From the IMG/VR virus record IMGVR_UViG_3300045051_000987, positions 1 through 64,000 of that record: a stretch of DNA of 64,000 nucleotides. One strand, given 5' to 3'. The notes beneath the pieces were generated by a model. The model saw only the letters and a program-made list of their open reading frames with translations. It did no database searches and was not told the DNA's origin. Below are positions 31,956 through 39,513 of the stretch, piece by piece (positions within the stretch are counted from its first letter, which is position 1; every line of letters begins with the position of its first letter). Origin of the DNA: a virus. Made by a program: the position numbers and the translations under genes.

Positions 31956-32458
31956 GCGTTCCTCGTTCCTCTGCACGCGGGGTAGCCCGTGCAGCCGTAG
32001 AAGCGTCTCGTCTTGTCCTTCGTCGTGCGGAGGGCCATCGGGAGCCCGCAGAGCGTGCAGCCGGGCACGCCGCGCGCCTCGTCGTACGCGAGCCTGATCA
32101 TCCGTCGGAGCCGCTCGAGGAACGTCCCGATGCGATCCCCGTCGCCATGCGGCGCTGTGCGGAGCACCTTCCTCGACTCGTCGAGCGGTTGGAAGCGATC
32201 GGGCGTCACTGTCCCGACGACGATCCGCACGGCGTCGTCACCGCAGTCCCGGACCTCCTTCGCGCCGAGCGCGAGGGACGTGTAGACCCGCACCACCGCC
32301 TTCGAGCCACGGGGCCCGACGTCGAAGAGGATCTCGCGACCCTGACGACCCTCGACGAACGTCCCGCCGGCTTCCACCACGCGGGCCCCGATGTCTCGGA
32401 GCTCGGCGAGGAGGCGATCGGCGGGGACCGCCACGAAGCGCGATCCCCAGCCCTTCAC
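31952..32458 (-). CDS. Protein with C-terminal topoisomerase-type C4 zinc ribbon
   Basis: CTLCGLPMALR...FYGCTGYPACRGT. Confidence 0.75.
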   Translation of the reverse strand: MKGWGSRFVAVPADRLLAELRDIGARVVEAGGTFVEGRQGREILFDVGPRGSKAVVRVYTSLALGAKEVRDCGDDAVRIVVGTVTPDRFQPLDESRKVLRTAPHGDGDRIGTFLERLRRMIRLAYDEARGVPGCTLCGLPMALRTTKDKTRRFYGCTGYPACRGTRNA

Positions 32459-32625
32459 TCGCCACCCATCCGGCGCTCGTACCAGCGGCGCGCGCCGCCC
32501 TCGGTCTTGAAGCGCTTCGACTTCGTGAACGTCATCGCGAGCCACTCGCCGTTCTCCTGGGGGAACACGCCAGCGCTCACCGTCTCGTGGTTCCCGAGGT
32601 CGATCTTCATGTTCGGCGTCGTCAT
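32455..32625 (-). CDS. DUF1391 family small protein (YdfA/YdaF-like)
   Basis: IDLGNHETVSAGVFPQENGEWLAMTFTKSKRFKTEGGARRW; AAGGAG SD. Confidence 0.8.
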   Translation of the reverse strand: MTTPNMKIDLGNHETVSAGVFPQENGEWLAMTFTKSKRFKTEGGARRWYERRMGGE

Positions 32626-32652
32626 CTTCTGCTCCTTGGGGCAAGCCCCGTT

Positions 32653-32700
32653 CGATTGATTTAGGTATACAGCCGACCGCCCAAAGGCGCCAGAAGAAAA
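32653..32700 (-). promoter_or_regulatory. Repeated promoter class E, copy 1
   Basis: T-tract-CTGGCG-N18-TATACCTAAATCAATCG on minus strand. Confidence 0.75.
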
Positions 32701-32723
32701 ACGACGACTGTTGAAAAAAGATT

Positions 32724-32921
32724 CTAGGGCTCGATCCACCCGATCGCGCGGAGCACCGCGACGACGAAGACGATCTTGATCCCGATGACGAGGCCGGCGA
32801 TCACGAGCAGCCCGACGACCCTCGCAGCGTTCCCGGCCATCTTCCACCCATCGTCACGGTGGGCGTTCTCGGCTTCGGCCTCGCGCTCGATGCGCTGCAA
32901 CTCCCTCTCGAATCGATCCAT
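32724..32921 (-). CDS. Small membrane protein
   Basis: 65 aa with long hydrophobic C-terminus. Confidence 0.6.
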   Translation of the reverse strand: MDRFERELQRIEREAEAENAHRDDGWKMAGNAARVVGLLVIAGLVIGIKIVFVVAVLRAIGWIEP

Positions 32922-32942
32922 CGGTCACCTCGGTGTTGAACA

Positions 32943-33416
32943 TCACGAACGAACGGCGATCGCGCCGGTGCGCTTCTCGATGCGATCGAAGACCTGATCA
33001 CGCTGCTCGCCCACCACGTTCGGCGAGACGAGGAACGCGCACCGCGCGCAGAGGCGGAAGCGCCGGCCGGGGAACGTGCTCGGCGTCGACAGACGCACGC
33101 GCGGGGCCTTGAGCGTGCTGCACGCGTCGCACGGGAGGATCATGGCGCGCGCGGCGCGGCACTCCTCCGCGGTGAGCACGATCACGATCGGGAGCTGACG
33201 GTAGCGGGGCGTCCCCTCGGGCGCCGAGCTCACGCCGTAGGCGATGGCGCGCGAGCTCGCGATCGAGGGGCGCGGGTGCGCCGGCACGATGTCGAGGATC
33301 TCACCGGGCTCGAGGAGCGTCAGGGCGAATGGGCGAGCCTCCTCGACGTAGAAGGCCGTGGGCGCCGTGTTCATCGCGTTGTGCCAGACGCCGTTCACGA
33401 GGGTGGGGTTGAACAT
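32943..33416 (-). CDS. Hypothetical protein with CxxC...CxxC
   Basis: ATG 33416; CDAC and CARC. Confidence 0.55.
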   Translation of the reverse strand: MFNPTLVNGVWHNAMNTAPTAFYVEEARPFALTLLEPGEILDIVPAHPRPSIASSRAIAYGVSSAPEGTPRYRQLPIVIVLTAEECRAARAMILPCDACSTLKAPRVRLSTPSTFPGRRFRLCARCAFLVSPNVVGEQRDQVFDRIEKRTGAIAVRS

Positions 33417-33418
33417 GA

Positions 33419-33889
33419 TCAGGTGTCCTTTCGATTCCAGAGGGAGAGACGCGCCGAGCAGCACTGCGAGACGATCGATTCGACGCGCTTCTCGCGATGC
33501 ATGGAGGCCTCGCCATAGAGGCGCGTGACCGCTGCGCCGAGCGCCGTGACGATCGCGCGAGAGAGCACCTCCTCGGGAGCCTCGCGGGCGCCGTCGGAGT
33601 AGTCGGGCGAGCCGTACGCGCACCCGGCGACCCCGTTCTCGAACGATTCGTAGCCGCGCGCGCGGATGCGCACGTTCGCGAACCAGTAGGTCTCGCCTTC
33701 CTCGACGCAGGCCCACACGTCTTCGGTGAGGTGGACCCACGAGCAGCCCTCTTGGGCCATGTCCGAGACCGAGAAGGGGAGGAGCCCGCCATGCGGGGAG
33801 AGGACCGGCGGGGTGTCTCCGTCGAGGCGTGAGGATGCGAGCGCGCGCGCTGCGGTCTCGGATGCGGGGGTGTTGCTCGGATGGATCAT
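33419..33889 (-). CDS. Hypothetical protein
   Basis: ATG after AGGAG. Confidence 0.55.
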   Translation of the reverse strand: MIHPSNTPASETAARALASSRLDGDTPPVLSPHGGLLPFSVSDMAQEGCSWVHLTEDVWACVEEGETYWFANVRIRARGYESFENGVAGCAYGSPDYSDGAREAPEEVLSRAIVTALGAAVTRLYGEASMHREKRVESIVSQCCSARLSLWNRKDT

Positions 33890-33899
33890 GATGGTCTCC

Positions 33900-34109
33900 T
33901 CAGAAGCCTGCGCCGCCGTGCCATGCACCGGGGCCGTTGTCGGTGTCGATGAGCACGTCGTCGACGCGCACCGCACGCGTCCAGAGGTGCTCGCCACGCT
34001 TCACGCGGGGGTGGGTCTGTCCGGTCCAGAAGCGCTCGAGCTCTTCGGCCGTCGCCGCGCGGAGGTGAGCGCCGGTGGTGGGGTGCACGGCGACGTAGGT
34101 GGTGGGCAT
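33900..34109 (-). CDS. Hypothetical protein
   Basis: 69 aa, GAGGAG SD. Confidence 0.6.
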   Translation of the reverse strand: MPTTYVAVHPTTGAHLRAATAEELERFWTGQTHPRVKRGEHLWTRAVRVDDVLIDTDNGPGAWHGGAGF

Positions 34110-34140
34110 CGTCTTGATCTCCTCGAAGGGTGCGCCGAGC

Positions 34141-34353
34141 TCAGCCGACCATCGTCATCACGACGTCGCGGATGCGCTGCATCTCGCTCGCGGTGAGGTC
34201 CGGCTCGTTGACCGAGAGCACGCGATCGGCCTGGTGGGCGATCTCGCGATCCGAGCACCACGACTCGATCTCGTGCTCGGGCACCTCGTGGTGGCGAGCG
34301 ATGCTCACCAGGAAGGAGGCCATCTCGCGGGTGGTGGTCGTGCGCTTCGTCAT
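34141..34353 (-). CDS. Hypothetical protein
   Basis: 70 aa, AAGGAG SD downstream of class E promoter. Confidence 0.65.
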   Translation of the reverse strand: MTKRTTTTREMASFLVSIARHHEVPEHEIESWCSDREIAHQADRVLSVNEPDLTASEMQRIRDVVMTMVG

Positions 34354-34380
34354 CGTCAGCTCCTTGGGGTGAACCCCGTT

Positions 34381-34430
34381 CGATTGATTTAGGTATACAG
34401 CACCCCTCCGAATCGCGCCAGAGAAAAAAG
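34381..34430 (-). promoter_or_regulatory. Repeated promoter class E, copy 2
   Basis: Same two conserved blocks, same spacing, different spacer. Confidence 0.75.
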
Positions 34431-34449
34431 CACGCGGTCGATTCTTTTT

Positions 34450-35274
34450 TCATTCCTCGATCGGACGGTACCCCGTGCGTGCGACCTGACCGAGCATCTC
34501 CCGACGCCAATCGAGCGCCGTGGGAAGGTCGTTCTGCATCCCCGTCTTCTCACGTCGCTCGTGGAAGCTCCACGCGAGAGAGTCTGCCGATCGGAAGCTC
34601 GATCCCGCGAGCGCGATCAGCCCGGTCTTCTTGAGGCCGAAGCCGTGGAGGTTCCGCAGCTCGAGATCGTCGAGGCGCATCGTCACGCGGAGGAGCAGAT
34701 CGGTCGACTGACGACGGCACACCGATCCGACGCCGACGACGGGCTCCTTCGAGAGATCGACGCCCGCGCGCGCGTAGAGCTCGGCGCAATCGAGGTAGGA
34801 CGCCGAGAGCCACCCTTGAAGCACCGGCGCGATCGGGAGGTCGGGCGCGATGCTCCGCAGCTCGAGGAAGTTGTCGACCGTGCGCCGCTGGTGCTCCTCG
34901 ACGCTCAGGCCCGTCTTCGCCGTCACGACGGGCTCGCACATCCAGTCCATGGGCGCCGCCCATTCGAGCTGTCCGACCTCGTCTCGAAGGCGCCGCACGT
35001 CGTCGCAGTACTCGCGCGGCGTGCGCGTCCACCGGCCGTGCTTGTTGAGCTCGGTGAAGCCCCCGGAGTCGAGCGCCCACGGGCCCCGAGCGCGCGGGAG
35101 ACGCGCCATCGCACCGAAGGCCTGACGCGCCACGAAGAGCCGGCACGGGGCCTCCGCGAGCCACCCCGGGCGGTGCACGCCGAGATAGAAGCGGAGGGGC
35201 ATGTCGGAACCCGCGTAGACCGGCGCGGGGGCCTTCACGCGGCCCGGGATCAGGCTGAGGTCGAGCTGACGCAT
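34450..35274 (-). CDS. TGT/DpdA-like base-exchange (transglycosylase-fold) protein
   Basis: LDSGGF, MDWMCEP, PVLQG, GVGSVCRR, LHGFG, SADSLAWS. Confidence 0.78.
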   Translation of the reverse strand: MRQLDLSLIPGRVKAPAPVYAGSDMPLRFYLGVHRPGWLAEAPCRLFVARQAFGAMARLPRARGPWALDSGGFTELNKHGRWTRTPREYCDDVRRLRDEVGQLEWAAPMDWMCEPVVTAKTGLSVEEHQRRTVDNFLELRSIAPDLPIAPVLQGWLSASYLDCAELYARAGVDLSKEPVVGVGSVCRRQSTDLLLRVTMRLDDLELRNLHGFGLKKTGLIALAGSSFRSADSLAWSFHERREKTGMQNDLPTALDWRREMLGQVARTGYRPIEE

Positions 35275-35278
35275 GGGA

Positions 35279-35488
35279 TCACCGCGGGAGGTTGAGACCG
35301 GCGCGGCGGAGCGCGGCGCGCGTGTTCTCGATCGCGCGGTTGCCGCCGCCGGGCGTCGAAGGGGTGAAGACCACCGCGCCCGTCGGCGACTTGAAGCGGA
35401 GGTGCCCGCCGCCGGTCTTCTCGACCGACCATCCCTGATCGATCGCCGCCTTCACGAACGGGCGGAGCTCGCGATGCACGGCGATCAC
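35279..35488 (-). CDS. HicA-like small protein
   Basis: QGWSVEKTGGGHLRFKSPTG..V..PSTP; GTGA overlap start. Confidence 0.65.
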   Translation of the reverse strand: MIAVHRELRPFVKAAIDQGWSVEKTGGGHLRFKSPTGAVVFTPSTPGGGNRAIENTRAALRRAGLNLPR

Positions 35489-35844
35489 GAGAGCACCTCG
35501 AGCTGGGCTCGCGCGTCGAGCCACGAGGCGTTCAGCCAGTAGCGGCGGAAGAGCTTGATCGTCGCCTTCACCTGCGCGTCGATCATCTCGAGCGCGGTGG
35601 GGCAGAGCTCCCACTCGATCACCTCGTGCGGGAGGTCCCACACGACGGCCGTGAGGTTCCACGCGCCGTCGACGATGACGCGCTCGCCGAAGACGGCCTC
35701 ACGCACCTCGACGCCGAGCGAGCGATCGATGCGCACGATCACGCGTTGACCGTACTCGCGGATCCCGAGCTGTCCGCTCGGAACGCGCATCTCGATCGAG
35801 ATCACGTCGTCGGTGAGGAGGGTGTGGGCGGGTATGTGTCGCAT
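35485..35844 (-). CDS. Hypothetical protein
   Basis: ATG 35844 after AAGGAG. Confidence 0.6.
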   Translation of the reverse strand: MRHIPAHTLLTDDVISIEMRVPSGQLGIREYGQRVIVRIDRSLGVEVREAVFGERVIVDGAWNLTAVVWDLPHEVIEWELCPTALEMIDAQVKATIKLFRRYWLNASWLDARAQLEVLS

Positions 35845-35886
35845 GTCGGGATCTCCTTGGGGCAAGCCCCGTCGAGGGTGGAAGGA

Positions 35887-36168
35887 TCAGCCCTTGCGGG
35901 CGAGGAAGCTGAGGGCCGCCTTGAGCGTCGAGAAGGTCTCCACGAGGACGAACTCGCCATCGTTCATGTCCGGGCCGTCGAGCTCGCGCGTGGGGAAGCG
36001 GACGACCTCGACAGTCGTGAGGAGCGCCGAGGTGAGGTTGATCGCGTGACCGCCCTTCACGAACGACGAGAGGCGGTAGGCCGGGTTCGTCGTGAACGAG
36101 ACGCCGTTCGCCGCGCACCACGACTCCTGGGCCTGCGTGAGCTTCGTGATGTAGCCGTTCGTCGTCAT
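35887..36168 (-). CDS. Hypothetical protein
   Basis: 93 aa, AAGGAG SD downstream of class E promoter. Confidence 0.65.
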   Translation of the reverse strand: MTTNGYITKLTQAQESWCAANGVSFTTNPAYRLSSFVKGGHAINLTSALLTTVEVVRFPTRELDGPDMNDGEFVLVETFSTLKAALSFLARKG

Positions 36169-36207
36169 GGTCTCGTTCTCCTTGGGGCAAGCCCCGCGTC
36201 ACCGTCT

Positions 36208-36255
36208 CGATTGATTTAGGTATACACCCACCATCCCGAACGCGCCAGAAAAAAG
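36208..36255 (-). promoter_or_regulatory. Repeated promoter class E, copy 3
   Basis: Same two conserved blocks, same spacing, different spacer. Confidence 0.75.
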
Positions 36256-36280
36256 ATTCGCCCCGATGTCGATTTCTTCC

Positions 36281-36778
36281 TCAGCCCTTCGGCGCCGGGC
36301 ATTCGCACGGCTTGCCGCGGTCGTTCAGCTCGCAGCACCCCGCGCGTTCCTCGACCACGAGCTCGTCGAGCCCGTACCCGACCGTGCGACCCGCGAGCCG
36401 GGCGAACATCCGCGCGCAGTACTTCGGGAAGCGGCCCGATGACCCGATGATCTCTTCGGCGTCGACCCACGCGCACCGGCGCGATCGAAGCGTGTCGTCG
36501 TGGGTCGCGATCGGACGCTCGCGCCGATCCTCCCATCGCGTCGCGAGGAAGGCCTCGCACGTGTGCGGGCCGGCGCTGTAGACGAGGATCGACGCGGCGC
36601 CGAGAAGCACGATCCCGGTCTCCTCGAAGAGCTCGCGCGACGCACACGCGAGGCTCGAGGCATCGGAGGCCTCACGCCGGCCACCGGGGAGCCCGAGCCC
36701 GTCGGGATGAAGCTCGACGAGCACGAGGTGCTTCGTGGGGTGGAAGAGGAGCACGCACGCTGCATTCGGCTCGGTCAT
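36281..36778 (-). CDS. NUDIX hydrolase
   Basis: LPGGRREASDASSLACASRELFEETGI Nudix box. Confidence 0.88.
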   Translation of the reverse strand: MTEPNAACVLLFHPTKHLVLVELHPDGLGLPGGRREASDASSLACASRELFEETGIVLLGAASILVYSAGPHTCEAFLATRWEDRRERPIATHDDTLRSRRCAWVDAEEIIGSSGRFPKYCARMFARLAGRTVGYGLDELVVEERAGCCELNDRGKPCECPAPKG

Positions 36779-37326
36779 GACGTTCCTTCTCGCACGCGAC
36801 GCGCGCGCACCACAACGAGGGCGAACACGCGCCCGGCTTGATCGCCGGGCATGCGGATCGCGACGACGAGCTCAGGCGCGCGCTCGAGCACGACGAGCTC
36901 GGCGCCGGTGAGCGTGGCCTGGTGTCGCGCGCACGCGAGCGCGTCAGACGCGCCGTGCTCGTCGATCGTCCACTCCCATCCGGGCGTCGTCGCGAAGAGC
37001 ACCTCGCGCGCAGCGCCGTCGACGCCGAGCGACTCGACACGCTCGAGCGGGAGCGTGAGCACCATCGCCGTCGGGAGCTGCGCGCGCTCAGCGAGCGGGG
37101 CTCGCACGCGGCCTCTGATCTTCGACGTGTTCACCCGGGTGAACACGGGGCGCGGCGGACGTCCCTCGAGCGCGCGCAGGCGTCGAATGCACGTCGTCTC
37201 GTGCGGGTGGAAGGCTTGATCCGTCGCTTCCCCGATCGCGCGCGCCGCATCGGCGAAGCGCACGCCTTCAACGCGGATCTTCTTCACGAGGAGCGCGTCG
37301 AGCTCCGCCGTCCATGTCGAGGCCAT
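36775..37326 (-). CDS. Hypothetical protein with possible N-terminal HTH (GcrA/Myb-like)
   Basis: WTAELDALL...EGVRFADAARAIG. Confidence 0.5.
   Translation of the reverse strand: MASTWTAELDALLVKKIRVEGVRFADAARAIGEATDQAFHPHETTCIRRLRALEGRPPRPVFTRVNTSKIRGRVRAPLAERAQLPTAMVLTLPLERVESLGVDGAAREVLFATTPGWEWTIDEHGASDALACARHQATLTGAELVVLERAPELVVAIRMPGDQAGRVFALVVVRARRVREGTS
37128..37145. repeat. 18-bp palindrome copy 6 (intragenic)
   Basis: TGTTCACCCGGGTGAACA. Confidence 0.95.
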
Positions 37327-37651
37327 CGGCCCGATCATGCCGCGACGCGTGCTCACGCATCCGGCGCTTCACCTCGGCCCGACCTCGCTCGACGATGCCC
37401 CGCACGACGTCGGAGATCCCGACGCGCATTGCCGGCGACACGGCCTGGGTGAGGAGCCGGGTCGAGACGCGCTCGAAGATCGCAGCCTCGCGATCGGCGT
37501 CGCACGCGTCGAGGCCCGAGCGCACCTTGATCTGAGCGATCCGCTCGAGCTTGCGCCCGCGCGCGATGAGCAGGTCGACGATCGCATCGTCGATCACGTT
37601 GATCTCGTGCCGCACGAGCTCGAGGTCGGCCGGGATGGGCGTGTCGCTCAC
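37268..37651 (-). CDS. Chorismate mutase type II (AroQ-like)
   Basis: LELVRHEINVIDDAIVDLLIAR...IAQIK...DADRE: R11, R28, K39, D48, R51, E52 spacing of the E. coli enzyme; GTGA overlap with cmoA-like gene. Confidence 0.82.
   Translation of the reverse strand: MSDTPIPADLELVRHEINVIDDAIVDLLIARGRKLERIAQIKVRSGLDACDADREAAIFERVSTRLLTQAVSPAMRVGISDVVRGIVERGRAEVKRRMREHASRHDRADGLDMDGGARRAPREEDPR
37334..37343 (-). promoter_or_regulatory. Class M motif GCGGCATGAT, 7 nt before ATG 37326
   Basis: One of 11 copies. Confidence 0.6.
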
Positions 37652-38379
37652 GACGACCTCACCGCGAGCCACGCGCCGAAGCTCAGGCACCGCCACACGC
37701 ACTCGACGGTCGTGAAGCCGGCGCCGCGGAGGAGATCCTCGTTCCACCGCGCCGTGCACGGCACGAGCACGCCCTCGAGCGATGCGGCCTTGCGGTCGAT
37801 CTCGTCGCGCGAGTAGCCCGCGGCCTCCTTTTCCGCGTGGTAGAGCGCGGTGAGCGCCTCGTCGGCCTCCGCGTCGCTCCCGAGCACCTTCTCGACGACG
37901 ATCAGCGCCCCGCCGGGCATCGTCGCCTTGAACACGTCGCGGAGGATGCGCTGGCGATGGTTGATCGGGAGGAACTGCATCGTGAGCACCGCGAGGGTCA
38001 CGCTCGCGCGCATGCTGAGCGACGGGTAGCCGGCGCGGAGGTCGGTCCCATGCACGAAGACGCGCCGCGTCGCGATCTCGCCTGCGAAGCGCGTGCGGCA
38101 GACCTCGAGCATCGGCTTCGACGTCTCGACGAGCTCGAAGACGTTCCGCAGCTCCGCGCGCGCGATCAGAGGAGCGATCGCGTCACCGCGCGAGGCGCCG
38201 AGGTCGACGATCGAGGAGCCCGGGCGCGCGTAGCGGTCCGCGAGGTTCGTCACGACGTCGCGCATCGCGTCGAGCTGCGGGATCGAGCGTCGGAGCATGT
38301 CCTCGAAGACACTCGCGACGCTCTCATCGAACTCCCATCGCTCGCGCGCGGGAAGGTGCCCAAGGCTCGACTCGCTCAT
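37648..38379 (-). CDS. cmoA: Carboxy-S-adenosyl-L-methionine synthase-like protein
   Basis: WEFDESVASVFEDMLRRSIP, DLGASRG, LTMQFL, PGGALIVVEK, K..AGYS..EI..K match CmoA along the whole length. Confidence 0.85.
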   Translation of the reverse strand: MSESSLGHLPARERWEFDESVASVFEDMLRRSIPQLDAMRDVVTNLADRYARPGSSIVDLGASRGDAIAPLIARAELRNVFELVETSKPMLEVCRTRFAGEIATRRVFVHGTDLRAGYPSLSMRASVTLAVLTMQFLPINHRQRILRDVFKATMPGGALIVVEKVLGSDAEADEALTALYHAEKEAAGYSRDEIDRKAASLEGVLVPCTARWNEDLLRGAGFTTVECVWRCLSFGAWLAVRSS

Positions 38380-39488
38380 GGGGCCGAGGATGCCTCGATC
38401 CAGCCCTCACGCACGAGCCCGAGCGGTGCGAAGACGCGATCGCGCAGCTCGCGCCCGATCGCGAACATCATCGGGGGCGGGACGCTGCGCGCGAGCCGCT
38501 CCCATTGCTGAGCGAACGTCCCCGTGAGCTCGAAGTCGTCGGGGAAGCCGCAGATCCGACGCAGCTCGCGGATCGTGAACTTCCGGCGCTCGAGCGGGTG
38601 CGTGACGCTCGCCGCGGGCTCGCCGCCCTTCACCGTGATGCACGGGCTCGGCTTGTTCACCGGCGCCTTGATCAGGTTGAAGTACTTCTCGGACCACACG
38701 CCGGGCCGGAGCTTGTTCCACTCCGCATCGAGGCTCGGAACCATCGCGCGGCGCGCGGCCTCGAGCTCCTCGATCGTCGGCTCGATCCCGCTCGGCTCAC
38801 CGATGATGTGCGGGATCGCTTCGGCGAGCGTGAACGCGCGCGCGAAGGGCTTGGGGTAGGGCACGTCGCTCGACGTCGCGATCCCGAGCTCGCTCGCGAG
38901 ATCACGGCGCACGCCGACGAGGATCACGCGCCCGCGCTGCTGAGGGACACCGAGCCACTGAGCATCGAGCTCGCGAGCGGCCGCGACGTAGCCAGCCGCC
39001 TCGAGCCGCTTCATCACCGTGTGGAAGTAGCCGAAGGCCTTGCCGCGCACGAAGCCCGACACGTTTTCTGCGATGAACGTCTTCGGCTTCACGCCCTCGA
39101 GCAGGCGGAGCCACTCGAAGAAGAGATCGTCGGTGCGCTGCTTCACGCCCGAGTAGGCCTTCACCTGGCCCCATCCCTTCTCGCGCGCGCCCACCATCGA
39201 GAAGCTCGAGCACGGGGGAGAGCCCTCGAAGACGTCGAGCTCTCCGGCCTTCACGCCCGCGCGCTCGAGCACCTCCTCGGGATGCACCGATCGGATGTCA
39301 CGCGGATCGAGGAAGACGCTCGCCGCGTGGTTCTTCACGTACGTCGCGCGCGCCTCCTCGATGAACTCGTTCGCGAAGACGACGTCGAAGCCGGCCATCT
39401 CGAGGCCGAGGCACGAGCCACCGCACCCTGAGAACGTCGACGCGACTCGCAGCCCCGTGGTGCCCCGTGCGCGCGCGATCGCGGCCAT
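38376..39488 (-). CDS. C5 cytosine DNA methyltransferase-fold enzyme, candidate carboxymethyltransferase (start uncertain)
   Basis: FSGCGG, GSPPC, ENV, Q.R.R, motif IX, and motif X reading LARSVPP instead of GNxVP. Confidence 0.88.
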   Translation of the reverse strand: MAAIARARGTTGLRVASTFSGCGGSCLGLEMAGFDVVFANEFIEEARATYVKNHAASVFLDPRDIRSVHPEEVLERAGVKAGELDVFEGSPPCSSFSMVGAREKGWGQVKAYSGVKQRTDDLFFEWLRLLEGVKPKTFIAENVSGFVRGKAFGYFHTVMKRLEAAGYVAAARELDAQWLGVPQQRGRVILVGVRRDLASELGIATSSDVPYPKPFARAFTLAEAIPHIIGEPSGIEPTIEELEAARRAMVPSLDAEWNKLRPGVWSEKYFNLIKAPVNKPSPCITVKGGEPAASVTHPLERRKFTIRELRRICGFPDDFELTGTFAQQWERLARSVPPPMMFAIGRELRDRVFAPLGLVREGWIEASSAP

Positions 39489-39513
39489 GTCGGGGACGCG
39501 GTAGCTCGTCGGC

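Noticed and set aside
37648-38379. Host tRNA modification operon (cmoAB)
   Set aside because: No cmoB-like gene; embedded among phage genes and coupled to a DNA transferase.
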